Positions 1 through 9,692 of a stretch of DNA of 32,000 nt are shown here, in pieces. This stretch comes from Synechocystis sp. PCC 6803 substr. PCC-P (GTDB lineage Bacteria > Cyanobacteriota > Cyanobacteriia > Cyanobacteriales > Microcystaceae). Each line of letters starts with the position of its first letter. Position 1 is the stretch's first letter. The notes below the pieces were generated by a model, which was not told where the DNA came from, made no database searches, and worked only from the letters and a program-made list of their open reading frames with translations. The position numbers and the translations under genes were made by a program. Where the stretch lies: assembly GCF_000284455.1 (NCBI RefSeq), contig NC_017039.1, forward strand, positions 2,640,001 to 2,672,000, given 5' to 3'.

Positions 1-972
1 GGTCAGATCCATAACACTTTCGCCACCGAAGACCGTGCCCACTTCCCCTTTGTTGAAGCTAATTTTGCCTAGGTTATAGGCTTCCTCGGGCAAGGGAATA
101 TAACCAACCTTGGTGGCAGTGGCAGAGGCGTTGGCCAGATAAAAATCGACAAATTCCCGTAGGGCAGGATTATCTTGGGCTTTGGTTGCGTTGACGTAGA
201 TAAATAAAGGGCGGGACAGGGGTTGATACTCAGATTTTTCCACCGTTTCTCGGGAAGGCAGCACTGGTCCTCTACCGTTATCGACCCCAATGGCTTTCAA
301 GTCAGCAATACGACCTTCGTAGTAGGCAAAGCCAAAATAGCCTAGGGAATAAAGGTCTTGGACAACTCCCTGCACCAAAATTTCATCGTCTTCACTTTTT
401 AGGGTATCGAGACGACTAGCTCCAGCTTGACCAACGATCGCCTCGGTGAAGTAATCAAAGGTGCCAGAATCCTCACCGGGGGAGTAGAGGTTAATAGGTT
501 GGTCGGGAAATTCGGGCCGGACTTGGTTCCAGCGGGTCAAGGTTTTTTCGGCGGCAGGTTCCCAAATGCGCTTTAGCTCTTCGACAGTCAAACTTTTCAG
601 CCAGTCATTTTTGGGATTGCTGACCACAGTAATGGCATCAAAGGCAATGGGCAATTCCACATACCGCACCTGGTTGTCATTACATAATTTCATTTCCTGC
701 TTGTTAATGGGGCGGGATGCGTCAGCAATGTCTGTTTTACCCTCGCAAAATAGCTTAAAACCGCCGCCAGTGCCAGAAAATTCCACATCAATGTCGACCC
801 CTTTCTTACCCCCAGAGAAATCTGCAACAATCGCCTCGGTAATGGGGTAAACCGTACTCGAACCATTAATGGCGATCGATTGACTGGTCTGGGATGGTGT
901 ACAGGCAGAAATTCCCAACAAGAGCAAAGCCATAGGGACAATGCCCCGGCTCAATCGACTTAAATCAAACAT
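1..972 (-). CDS. pstS: PstS-family phosphate ABC transporter substrate-binding lipoprotein, 3' end truncated by the window edge
   Basis: Own translation of the minus strand from the ATG at 972: MFDLNRLSRGIVPMALLLLGISACTPSQTSQSIAINGSSTVYPITEAIVADFS...GTGGGFKLFCEGKTDIADASRPI. It has a lipobox-like LGISAC, plus the NGSSTVYPIT and GTGGGF motifs of PstS. The reading frame is open to base 1, so it is absent from the supplied ORF track. Confidence 0.9.
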   Translation of the reverse strand, partial: MFDLSRLSRGIVPMALLLLGISACTPSQTSQSIAINGSSTVYPITEAIVADFSGGKKGVDIDVEFSGTGGGFKLFCEGKTDIADASRPINKQEMKLCNDNQVRYVELPIAFDAITVVSNPKNDWLKSLTVEELKRIWEPAAEKTLTRWNQVRPEFPDQPINLYSPGEDSGTFDYFTEAIVGQAGASRLDTLKSEDDEILVQGVVQDLYSLGYFGFAYYEGRIADLKAIGVDNGRGPVLPSRETVEKSEYQPLSRPLFIYVNATKAQDNPALREFVDFYLANASATATKVGYIPLPEEAYNLGKISFNKGEVGTVFGGESVMDLT

Positions 973-1304
973 TTTTACTTCTCCGCCCCCAGGGTGGTCG
1001 ATTGTGATTAGCCGTTGACGGTAGCTTTAGGGCATCTATCAACATTTTTGTATATTAAAGTCGCCCCGGCTGGTTGAAGGTTAAGCCCTAGTAAAGGTTT
1101 GGTTAAAGGGCTGGAGAGGTTGATCGTGCCGTATTTTTCGTCCCTAACATTTGTAAACCAAGGGATATATTCTTCGAGCCGTAATTCCAGTCTTTCAGGA
1201 AAAATTAATGGGACGGGACTCCATGAACAATGCCACAACGTCTGCCCAGGGGACTTTTTGCCCCGATTAACCTAGACTTGAGAAAAAAGCTGATTTTTGT
1301 GACT

Positions 1305-2396
1305 ATGGCGACCTTTTCCTCCCTCGAAATTTTTAACCCCCATCTTTCGGCCATGGCTTTGGGGGCGGATTTCCATTGGCAGACCCAGGGAGAAAAGGGC
1401 CATCTGGCTTTGACTTTAATTCCCCAAGCTGACGGTCAATGGTTATCACTGTTGGGGGGAAAACTGCGCTTTTGGCTACGGGGCATTAGTTTAACAGTCC
1501 AGGCTGAAGGCGCGACCACTGACCATGGGCAAAAATTTTTTAATGTGGGGGAGATAGTTTTCCCGTCAGAAGCTGTTTCTCCCCAAACTGTAAATGTTGA
1601 ACTTGCCCTAACTGGACAATGGGCCCGACTCCAGGCAGAAGTTAAAGCAGAAGCTCGGCAGGTGGCGATCGCCGAAACCCAAGGCCTGTGGCCACCGGAT
1701 TTGAGTCCGAACCAATTGGCTATTGCCGATCGCCTGTTGGCTAAGTTTATAGCGGAAAATTACCTAACTCCGGCCCTTTGTTGGGGTCAATGGCTCCTGA
1801 GCAAATCAGTCGATGCCGATCCTCAAATTATCTGGCAACCTCTATACAATGTCGAAAATAATCGCACCGTAACGGAAGCAGACACCGGGAACCTTGGCGA
1901 TCGCCTGCAATTAATCATCAACTCCCCCCAGTTGGATTGCCTTACCCTGGGGAAGTTAGTCGGTTTGGACCCGCAACGGGATTTGGCGGGAGGCAAATTT
2001 GTGGGTGCTAACCTCAACAGCATTGACCTTAGTAATGGCCAACTAATGGACAGCAATTTCCGGGGAGCTATTCTGACCGACAGCGATTTGAGTAATACCG
2101 ATCTCCGCCGGTCCAATTTTCGGGGTGCAGACCTGAGTGGCGCTTACCTAGAAGGGGCTAATCTCAGCCAAGTTGATTTTCGTAAAAGTAGTTTAGCCCT
2201 AGCAACTTTAATCGGCACAGACCTACGGGAAGCGGATTTGCGGGGAGCCACTCTCCAAAACGTCAATTTCAGTGGCGCAAAGGTGGAAAATCTCAGTTTT
2301 GGTGACAATCCGGGGTTAGCTCCCAGTCAGGAAGCTTGGTTACTGGAAAATGGTGCCCAGTTAGCTTCCGAATCGGTGCAGGAAATGTTACGCTGA
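1305..2396 (+). CDS. Pentapeptide-repeat protein with a non-repetitive N-terminal domain
   Basis: C-terminal run of A(D/N)LXX-type pentapeptides: ANLNSIDLSNGQLMDSNFRGAILTDSDLSNTDLRRSNFRGADLSGAYLEGANLSQ. The ORF track starts at 1230. The ATG at 1305 (MATFSSLEIF) is the more plausible start. Confidence 0.85.
   Translation: MATFSSLEIFNPHLSAMALGADFHWQTQGEKGHLALTLIPQADGQWLSLLGGKLRFWLRGISLTVQAEGATTDHGQKFFNVGEIVFPSEAVSPQTVNVELALTGQWARLQAEVKAEARQVAIAETQGLWPPDLSPNQLAIADRLLAKFIAENYLTPALCWGQWLLSKSVDADPQIIWQPLYNVENNRTVTEADTGNLGDRLQLIINSPQLDCLTLGKLVGLDPQRDLAGGKFVGANLNSIDLSNGQLMDSNFRGAILTDSDLSNTDLRRSNFRGADLSGAYLEGANLSQVDFRKSSLALATLIGTDLREADLRGATLQNVNFSGAKVENLSFGDNPGLAPSQEAWLLENGAQLASESVQEMLR
1665..1672. 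repeat. HIP1 octamer GCGATCGC (one example of roughly 35 in the window)
   Basis: Other examples read directly: 1897-1904, 4453-4460 and 8414-8421. Many more lie inside ruvB, thiO-thiG, cobS and other genes. Confidence 0.9.
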
Positions 2397-2449
2397 TAGC
2401 TGGTGTGAATTCTTTTCGCAAGATGAAAGGGTCAGCCCAAGTCTGTCCT

Positions 2450-2522
2450 GGACACGTAGCTCAGTGGATAGAGCATCAGGTTCCGGTCCTGAGGGTCGGG
2501 GGTTCGAATCCCTCCGTGTTCG
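2450..2522 (+). tRNA. tRNA-Arg (anticodon CCG)
   Basis: GGACACG TA GCTC AGTGGATA GAGC A TCAGG TTCCGGT CCTGA GGGTC GGGGG TTCGAAT CCCTC CGTGTTC G. It folds as a full cloverleaf with a 7-bp acceptor stem (one G-T), 4-bp D stem, 5-bp anticodon stem with CCG in the loop, and a TTCGAAT T-loop. CCA is not encoded. Confidence 0.95.
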
Positions 2523-2621
2523 TCTAGTTCCATTACCTTTCATAAACCTTTGTGTCCCCAAGCAGTGTGATATGATGGGGAGTGCTCAATTTTTAGACTA
2601 AAGAAATAAAGTTAAACCCCG

Positions 2622-2924
2622 ATGGCAAAAAAATCCATGATCGAGCGGGATAAGCGTCGTAGCCGCTTGGTAGCAAAGTATGCTGCTAAACGGGAAGCGC
2701 TCAAAGAAGAATTCCGTCAAGCTGAAACCCTAGAAGACAAATTAGCTGTTCACCAAAAATTGCAGGATTTACCCCGCAATAGCGCCCCCAACCGTCGCCG
2801 TAACCGCTGTCAGGTTACAGGTCGTCCCCGTTCCTACTACCGTGACTTTGGCCTTTGCCGCAATGTTTTACGGGAATGGGCCCACCAGGGTCTTTTGCCC
2901 GGTGTAACCAAGTCTAGCTGGTAA
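2622..2924 (+). CDS. rpsN: 30S ribosomal protein S14 (long form, no zinc cysteines)
   Basis: [24 protein letters not shown]...[51 protein letters not shown] is canonical S14. Confidence 0.98.
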   Translation: MAKKSMIERDKRRSRLVAKYAAKREALKEEFRQAETLEDKLAVHQKLQDLPRNSAPNRRRNRCQVTGRPRSYYRDFGLCRNVLREWAHQGLLPGVTKSSW

Positions 2925-3097
2925 TATTGCCCAGTTCTGGCTGTGGGTGATCGAGGCTTTGATTGCTTCCTGTAGGGAAACTCGAACCCCTAATCATAGT
3001 TGCTGGAGTCTGACCCACTAGCATTTGTAATTCAATCTGATCAATTTCCCCCAAAACCTAGGTTAATGGGGGATTTTTACTGGCTGAGTTAAACCAA

Positions 3098-3901
3098 TTA
3101 CAGATTATTTAACCGACGACGTAGGTCGTCCAATTCCTGGTCAATCACCGCATCATCTTGACTGGCATTATTAGCTGGTACTGAGGAATCAACAGGAGCC
3201 GCTTCGAGTTGGGGCGTAGCGGCAGAGGTTCCCGGTAATGCTCCACCGGCCATGGAAGCTTTCAGGGCGGCCAACTCGTCTTCTACCCCACTGCTGGCTT
3301 CCAACTGGGCAAACTGGTTCTCGATGCCAAAGCCGGCTAACTCCCCTGCCGCTTGGGAAGTGGCTTCCATATCCAGTACCTTGTTCTCCATCCGTTCAAA
3401 AGCACTAGTAGCACTGCTAGTACCTAAGCCCCCGAGGGTTTGCTGCAGTTCAGCATTAGCCTTGGCCGCTTTGGCCCTGGCCTGCAACATATTTTTCTTG
3501 GTTTTAGCTTCGGAAATTTTTGCTTCTAGAGCCGCGAGGTTGCGACGGAGATTCTCCGACATGGTCCTCTGTTGGGCTAGCTGGGTTTGGTACGCCGCCG
3601 CCGTATCTGTCAGACTTTTTTTGCGGGCCAGGGCTTCCCTAGCCAAATTTTCTTCCCCATTGGTGAGGGCTAATTTTGCCCGGTCTTCCCATTTCTTGGC
3701 TTCCTGGGTGTCTTGGTTAAGACGTTGCTCTGTTCGTTTTTCTTCGGCGATCGTGCGGGCAACGGCCTGGCGGAGTTGCACCAGGTCTTCCTGCATATCG
3801 ATCACGGCCTGTTCCAGAACTTTTTCTGGATCTTCAGCTTTACTGACGAGGTCGTTGAGGTTAGCCCGGACGACGCGGCCTAAACGGTCAAATAATCCCA
3901 T
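3098..3901 (-). CDS. vipp1: VIPP1/IM30, PspA-family ESCRT-III-like membrane-remodelling protein
   Basis: MGLFDRLGRVVRANLNDLVSKAEDPEKVLEQAVIDMQEDLVQLRQAVARTIAEEKR is a PspA/VIPP1 helical core. A C-terminal extension (DDAVIDQELDDLRRRLNNL) distinguishes VIPP1 from PspA. Confidence 0.95.
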   Translation of the reverse strand: MGLFDRLGRVVRANLNDLVSKAEDPEKVLEQAVIDMQEDLVQLRQAVARTIAEEKRTEQRLNQDTQEAKKWEDRAKLALTNGEENLAREALARKKSLTDTAAAYQTQLAQQRTMSENLRRNLAALEAKISEAKTKKNMLQARAKAAKANAELQQTLGGLGTSSATSAFERMENKVLDMEATSQAAGELAGFGIENQFAQLEASSGVEDELAALKASMAGGALPGTSAATPQLEAAPVDSSVPANNASQDDAVIDQELDDLRRRLNNL

Positions 3902-4127
3902 GTCTTACTTATCCTCTCAAAATCGCTGGGGGTTAACGAATGGGGGTCTGTACAGAAGTCCGCATAAGGGGGACTAAGGAGTTGGCCCTATGTTGATCCA
4001 GTGTAAACCAAGCCCGCAGACACTAGACAGCCTTGGAGTTGGTTTTAGTGGCTTTCGCCATGGTGCCCTACCCTAGAATGGAAACACAGGTAGTCCAATC
4101 GAGATTTGATTGTGGAGGCATAGCGTT

Positions 4128-4349
4128 ATGGCAAGTCTATTTAAAATTTTGCGCTCCCTTGCCATTCCAGCGGTGATTGCTGGTCTGGCTTTTATCAGCA
4201 TCGGTGATATGTTTTTGCCCGATCCCTGGGCTAGTTATAGCAAAAACACCAGGGAACAAATTAATCAAAAATTATTGGGGATGGCTCCAAAGCCAAATAT
4301 TAAAAAGCCCAGTGAAATGAGGGAAAAACAACTTGAACAGTTAAAGTAG
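4128..4349 (+). CDS. Small hypothetical membrane-anchored protein
   Basis: MASLFKILRSLAIPAVIAGLAFISIGDMFLPDPWASYSKNTREQINQKLLGMAPKP. It has one N-terminal TM-like segment. The ORF track start is 4110, and the ATG at 4128 seems more likely. Confidence 0.6.
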   Translation: MASLFKILRSLAIPAVIAGLAFISIGDMFLPDPWASYSKNTREQINQKLLGMAPKPNIKKPSEMREKQLEQLK

Positions 4350-4449
4350 TTGGGCTTGGGCTTAATTGCTATTCCTAGTCTGCTGACAAGATTTTGCCCT
4401 ACCCGCCGAATCCTTTCGTTATCCTTCCCTACCCGTAACCTATTTTTCC

Positions 4450-5109
4450 ATGGCGATCGCCAAATTACCCCGTCAAATTCTGCCCAACCTGTATCGTTTT
4501 GCACCCAATCGGGACACCCTGGGGGGAACAGCCTATTTATTAATCACTGGGGAGGGCAATGTGTTGATCGATTGTCCGGCTTGGCATGAAGACAATGAAG
4601 CATGGTTGGGGGAACAAGGCCCGGTGCGTTGGCTATGTCTGACCCATCGAGATGGCCATGGCCCCAAAGTGAAAACAATCCAGGAAAAGTTAAGCTGTCA
4701 GGTGGTGGTACAGGAACAGGAGGCTTACCTTTTGCCCGGGGCAAGGATATGTCGTTTTCGGGAACAATTGGCGATGGCCCCGTTCCTCACGGCCATCTGG
4801 ACTCCTGGTTATTCTCCCGGTGCTAGTTGCTATTACTGGGGAGAGAACGGCGGTATTCTTTTCACCGGCCGTCATTTACTGCCCGATGGGGAAGGTAATC
4901 TAAGGGCCATTAAGCAGGCTAAAACATTCCACTGGCCCCGTCAGCAAGCCAGTGTGGAAAAAATTCATCGCTATTTGGATGAAAAAAATCTGCCCCTCAG
5001 AGCGGTTTGCCCAGGGGGAAATGTGGGTTATTTGCGGGGAGAAGATTGGTGCTTAAATCCGAGGGAATCACTGGAGTCAATGCTCAGGGAGTTTCAGGCA
5101 AAAGTCTAA
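4450..5109 (+). CDS. Metallo-beta-lactamase-fold-like protein with degenerate active-site motifs
   Basis: Layout LLITGEGNVLIDCPAW, LCLTHRDGHG, IWTPGYSPGASCYYW, ILFTGRHLL follows the MBL fold motif order. The canonical HxHxDH, HTPGHTPG and GD residues are mostly replaced. Confidence 0.7.
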   Translation: MAIAKLPRQILPNLYRFAPNRDTLGGTAYLLITGEGNVLIDCPAWHEDNEAWLGEQGPVRWLCLTHRDGHGPKVKTIQEKLSCQVVVQEQEAYLLPGARICRFREQLAMAPFLTAIWTPGYSPGASCYYWGENGGILFTGRHLLPDGEGNLRAIKQAKTFHWPRQQASVEKIHRYLDEKNLPLRAVCPGGNVGYLRGEDWCLNPRESLESMLREFQAKV

Positions 5110-5212
5110 CGGCAGTTAAGACCATGTAAGCCCCCAATCAAACTGGGGAGGTGGCATTTGCCTAAATCCAAATCTCCCCTTCCGCACAAAACTTGACTGA
5201 CTAGGACTAGGG

Positions 5213-8011
5213 TTAAACGGCCTGGGGTTGTTGCTGGGGCTGGAACTGGAAGAGAGAATAAACCACGTTGCGGCGGATATCGATCATCATTTCCAGGAAC
5301 ATTTCATAACCTTCTTGCTTATATTCAATCAAGGGATCTTTTTGTCCATAGCCCCGTAAACCGATGGATTCCCGGAGAGCTTCCATGGACTGGAGATGCT
5401 CCCGCCAGAGATTGTCGATCTGTTGGAGGATAAAATACCGTTCCGCCTCCCGCATTAGTCCTGGACGCACCTTATCTACCTGGGTTTCTTTCAGATCATA
5501 GGCTTTGCGGACTTCTTCGTGGAAGAAGGTTTTCATTTCCCACACGGTCATATCCCCCAAATCTTCCACCGTTAGGTCTTCGAGTAAATAAACGAACTGC
5601 TTAGCCTTGTCGAGCATATTTTCCACGTCCCATTCCTCCGGGGGCAATTCCGGGTTGACGTATGCATCGACAATTTCATCCATGGTTTTTTCGGCATAAA
5701 CTAGCACCTGCTCTTTTAAATCCAAACCTTCCAGCACCCGCCGCCGCTCTGCATAGATAGCTTTCCGCTGATTATTCATCACCTCGTCATACTCAAACAC
5801 CTGCTTACGGATGTCGTAGTAATAGGTTTCCACCTTCTTCTGGGCCCCTTCTAGGGAACCGGTGAGCATTTTGGATTCAATAGGCATATCTTCTTCCACC
5901 CGGAACATATTCATTAGTCCCGCCACCCGATCGCCGCCGAAGATGCGGAGTAAGTTATCCTCCAAGCTGAGGAAAAAGCGTGTGGAGCCCGGGTCCCCTT
6001 GGCGACCAGCCCGCCCCCGCAATTGGTTATCTACCCGACGGGATTCATGGCGTTCCGTGCCAATGACGTGCAGTCCCCCCAACTCTACCACTTCTTTATG
6101 TTCCGCTGAGGTTAGAACTTCGTATTCCCTGCGAATTTGGTTATACACCTCCCGCAGTTTGAGAATCACAGGATCATCGGTGGGGCCCTTCTCCGAGGCG
6201 ATCGCCAATTTGTCTTCTGCTTCCAGTTCTGTTAAACTTTGCAGACCGTACTGATCCACTGCAAATTTAACAGCTTTTTTGAGTAAGTCTTCCGTTTCCT
6301 GGCTAATGGTAGTGGGGTAAATGTCCGGCGATACTTGCCAGGTTTTCACCTTTTTTTTGCCATTTTGATTGCCAAACCCCTGGGGTTTTTCTCGGCCACT
6401 GACCCAACCTGTTACCCCAGCCCCCAGTTCGTCATCTTCCGGGCGGACAATTTTCGGCATTAAATATTCCCGCACTTTCAGGCGAGCCATATAGTCCGAG
6501 TTCCCCCCCAAAATAATGTCCGTACCCCGACCAGCCATGTTGGTAGCAATGGTTACCGCCCCTTTGCGTCCTGCCTGGGCCACAATTTCCGATTCCCTTT
6601 CTACATTCTCCGGCCGAGCATTGAGCAAGTTATGGTGAATGCCGCTGGACTGCAACAGTCGGGAAATAACTTCTGATTTTTCCACGCTAGTAGTACCCAC
6701 CAGGATGGGACGACCCTGTTGGTGCAATTCTTCGCATTCCAATGCTACCGCTTTCCACTTTGCTTCTTCGTTTTTATAGACCACATCGGGCCAATCCTGA
6801 CGGCTAGAAGGACGGTTAGTAGGGGTAATGGTTACCTGGAGGTTATAAACCTTTTCCAATTCCGTTTCTTCCGTTTTGGCTGTCCCCGTCATGCCGGAAA
6901 GTTTGGGGTAAAGCAGAAAGAAATTTTGGTAAGTAATAGTGGCCAAAGTTTGACTTTCCTTTTGGATTTCCACCCGCTCCTTAGCTTCGATCGCCTGGTG
7001 CAAACCGTCACTCCAACGGCGACCGACCATAATCCGACCGGTGAATTCATCCACAATCACGACTTCCCCATTACGAACAATGTAATTCACATCTTTGAGG
7101 AATAATTCCTTCGCTTTGATGGCATTGAAAATGTAGTGGGCCCAGGGATCATTCTTGTCGAATAAATCCGTGGTTTGTAACAATTGTTCCGCCTTCTCAA
7201 AGCCTTCATCGGTCATGAGCACGTTACGCTGTTTTTCATCCACTTCATAATGAATCTCCGGCTCCAACTGGGCGGCAATGTCCGACGCTTGCAAATATTT
7301 CTCTGTGGGGCGCTCCACTTGACCAGAAATGATCAAAGGAGTACGGGCTTCATCAATTAAAATCGAGTCAACTTCGTCAATGATGCAAAAATTAAAGGGG
7401 CGCTGTACCACTTCAATCATGGCGGTGGACATGTTGTCCCGTAAATAGTCAAACCCTAGTTCGCTGTTGGTGGTGTAGGTAATATCGCAGGCGTAATTCT
7501 TTTTCCTTTCCTCAGGATTCATGCCGGACTGTACTAGACCCACCGTTAAGCCCAAAAAGCGATGGATTTGCCCCATCCATTCCGCATCCCGCCGGGCCAG
7601 GTAATCGTTCACCGTCACCACATGGACCCCTTTGCCCGTTAAACCGTTCAGATAGGAAGGTAGAGTGGCCACCAGGGTTTTTCCTTCCCCAGTTTTCATT
7701 TCCGCAATTTGCCCTTTGTGGAGAATAATGCCCCCCAACAGTTGCACGTCAAAGTGACGCATACCCAACACCCGTTTCCCCGCTTCCCGCACCACGGCAA
7801 AGGCTTCTGGCAAAATTTCGTCTAGGATTTCTTCTGTTTCCGCATCGCTGCGGGCCTTATCCAACGCTTCCCGAAATTCGACGGTTTTATACTTCAACTC
7901 ATCGTCAGACAGCTTTTCAATGTCCTCTTCGTAGAGGTTGACCTCCGCCACGTAGGGTTGAAACTTTTTCAGTTTGCGGGTATTGGGATCACCAAAGAGG
8001 GCTTTTAACAT
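5213..8011 (-). CDS. secA: Preprotein translocase subunit SecA (cyanobacterial type)
   Basis: 932 aa. Contains [20 protein letters not shown] (Walker A), [35 protein letters not shown] and [42 protein letters not shown]. Confidence 0.99.
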   Translation of the reverse strand: MLKALFGDPNTRKLKKFQPYVAEVNLYEEDIEKLSDDELKYKTVEFREALDKARSDAETEEILDEILPEAFAVVREAGKRVLGMRHFDVQLLGGIILHKGQIAEMKTGEGKTLVATLPSYLNGLTGKGVHVVTVNDYLARRDAEWMGQIHRFLGLTVGLVQSGMNPEERKKNYACDITYTTNSELGFDYLRDNMSTAMIEVVQRPFNFCIIDEVDSILIDEARTPLIISGQVERPTEKYLQASDIAAQLEPEIHYEVDEKQRNVLMTDEGFEKAEQLLQTTDLFDKNDPWAHYIFNAIKAKELFLKDVNYIVRNGEVVIVDEFTGRIMVGRRWSDGLHQAIEAKERVEIQKESQTLATITYQNFFLLYPKLSGMTGTAKTEETELEKVYNLQVTITPTNRPSSRQDWPDVVYKNEEAKWKAVALECEELHQQGRPILVGTTSVEKSEVISRLLQSSGIHHNLLNARPENVERESEIVAQAGRKGAVTIATNMAGRGTDIILGGNSDYMARLKVREYLMPKIVRPEDDELGAGVTGWVSGREKPQGFGNQNGKKKVKTWQVSPDIYPTTISQETEDLLKKAVKFAVDQYGLQSLTELEAEDKLAIASEKGPTDDPVILKLREVYNQIRREYEVLTSAEHKEVVELGGLHVIGTERHESRRVDNQLRGRAGRQGDPGSTRFFLSLEDNLLRIFGGDRVAGLMNMFRVEEDMPIESKMLTGSLEGAQKKVETYYYDIRKQVFEYDEVMNNQRKAIYAERRRVLEGLDLKEQVLVYAEKTMDEIVDAYVNPELPPEEWDVENMLDKAKQFVYLLEDLTVEDLGDMTVWEMKTFFHEEVRKAYDLKETQVDKVRPGLMREAERYFILQQIDNLWREHLQSMEALRESIGLRGYGQKDPLIEYKQEGYEMFLEMMIDIRRNVVYSLFQFQPQQQPQAV

Positions 8012-8203
8012 GGGACTTGGGATAGGGAACCGATGGGCAGTCTAACTGGGGAATTTAACGGTCAGGCGATCACCATTCTCTGGCTTTTTTGGGCACAGGA
8101 GTTAGCAATCCTTCAACGACTTATCTTAACATTCCGTATCGTTCCGGTCGGTAGGGGAATTCAATCCCGTCAGTGACTAGTGGTTGATCTGCAAATCCGA
8201 GTC

Positions 8204-8824
8204 CTATGCAATCTTGGTCCACCAGGAAACCACAGCAAATAGATAGAATAAAAGCCCACCAATCAACGTCACTGTTTTCTCAGAAATACGCCCTGCCACA
8301 AATTTTCCTCCCATCACCGCAATCACCGCACAGATGGTATGGCCAAGAATGGCACCCGCCGACACTCCCCAGGCATTATTAGACGCTGCTAAAGCAATGG
8401 TTGCAATCTGGGTGCGATCGCCCCATTCCGCCACAAAGGTGAGGGCAAAGCTTTCCACCACAATGCCCCATCCCCGGGGCACAATTTTTAACTTTTTCTC
8501 GCCGGAGGCAATGGCTTTTTCTGCATCTTCCATTTCCTCCAGATTTGCCGTGGCTTTTATCCGCCGAGCGTCCCACAATAGTTTTGTGCCAAAAATCAAG
8601 AAAAGAGCTACCTCGGCATAGTTGATGTATCTAGTGGGCAAAAAGGTGAAAATTTGTCCCATTAATACTGACAAAATAGTCATTGCCGCCAATCCTCCCA
8701 CTACTCCGACTAACACCCAACGGCGGGGATAGCGCATAGCTAAAATCATGGCAATAAAAAAAGTTTTATCCCCTAATTCCGAAACAGTTATCAACAATAA
8801 TCCGGCAGTAAAAGCGGTCAGCAT
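8204..8824 (-). CDS. mnx: UPF0016/GDT1-family cation exporter (cyanobacterial Mnx/PAM71-like Mn2+ exporter)
   Basis: Two characteristic E-x-G-D-(K/R)-T motifs, SELGDKTFFIAMILAMRYPR and AEWGDRTQIATIALAA, in two repeated hydrophobic halves. The Mn2+ role comes from established knowledge of cyanobacterial homologues. Confidence 0.85.
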   Translation of the reverse strand: MLTAFTAGLLLITVSELGDKTFFIAMILAMRYPRRWVLVGVVGGLAAMTILSVLMGQIFTFLPTRYINYAEVALFLIFGTKLLWDARRIKATANLEEMEDAEKAIASGEKKLKIVPRGWGIVVESFALTFVAEWGDRTQIATIALAASNNAWGVSAGAILGHTICAVIAVMGGKFVAGRISEKTVTLIGGLLFYLFAVVSWWTKIA

Positions 8825-9144
8825 AGATCAGCCAGGAACAGAGCAACGCAGTAAACACCTGCCCAATTTATCATGATCTAGGTTATTTCTCTTTAAATAA
8901 ACTCAATTTTTTTCATCAACTGTTTAGCCCACATTAATTCATATTTTATTCATTTTATCTTCATTTTTATTTCATTGTTTTTTGAGTTGCTGTTTAGTAT
9001 TGACATAAAATAAAATTCTGTTGGTCAATTTATTTGAACTATAAATATTTAGTCTTTTATGCACTCTATTTGTATTGATGTATGTTTGCAAGGCGATCAG
9101 ATCTAAAAGTCTGTTCAGAGAGTTGAGTTTTGGCTGTTTAATCC

Positions 9145-9162
9145 CCCCTTGGAAAGGGGGTA
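9145..9162. repeat. Perfect 7-bp-stem hairpin in a long AT-rich intergenic region
   Basis: CCCCCTT-GGA-AAGGGGG at 9146-9162. No T-run follows in either orientation, so it is not called a terminator. Confidence 0.5.
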
Positions 9163-9266
9163 ACTGTCACAAAAGTCGCCCTTTTTAAGCCAGAGCTTTA
9201 GTGAGGAGATTTAGGAGGATAAATACCTAGCCTGGCACGTTTCAAACACTTTCTAAACGATCAAAC

Positions 9267-9665
9267 CTAGTCCCACCAAAGGGCTACCCCTTGGTCTTGG
9301 CGCAGGGCATTTTGCAGGATGGTTAACCCAAAGTCGGGATCATCCCAATCCACTCCCTCTAGCAGGTTTTGCAAATCGGGGGGGATTTCTTCGCCAGCTT
9401 CCTTGCCCATCGCGAGAATATCATCAAAACAACCAAATCCCTGGTCAATGACATCGGGGCAGAACTCGTAAATTTCCTCGGCTAGGGCTTTCAAATCCGT
9501 GGGTAAGTTCTCAAAGCGGACTATGAGGCTATCAAAGCTCACTTCACCGATTTCAATGCCATATTGCCCATCCCATTGCTGAAGCTTAGCAATCAAATCT
9601 TCGGTGGTGATGTCGTAGTTAATGCCGTTGGTTTGTTGCTCAATAATTGCCGTTGGATCAAACAT
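9267..9665 (-). CDS. DUF4253-like conserved hypothetical protein
   Basis: 132 aa. Contains the C-terminal motif EIYEFCPDVIDQGFGCFDDILAMG...ALRQDQGVALWWD. It starts 27 bp downstream of the ruvB stop, in the same orientation. Confidence 0.75.
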   Translation of the reverse strand: MFDPTAIIEQQTNGINYDITTEDLIAKLQQWDGQYGIEIGEVSFDSLIVRFENLPTDLKALAEEIYEFCPDVIDQGFGCFDDILAMGKEAGEEIPPDLQNLLEGVDWDDPDFGLTILQNALRQDQGVALWWD

Positions 9666-9692
9666 AAAATAAACGAATTTTTTGACTACGCC

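Noticed and set aside
1008-1238. 76-aa minus-strand ORF between the pstS-like gene and the pentapeptide gene
   Set aside because: No recognisable motif, unusual composition and no supporting context. It could be real but is not supportable.
3252-3977. 241-aa plus-strand ORF antisense to vipp1
   Set aside because: The Ser/Ala/Arg-rich translation is the complement of the vipp1 helical coding sequence. VIPP1 on the other strand is unambiguous.
9145-9162. Rho-independent terminator
   Set aside because: The hairpin is strong but no T-tract follows on either strand.
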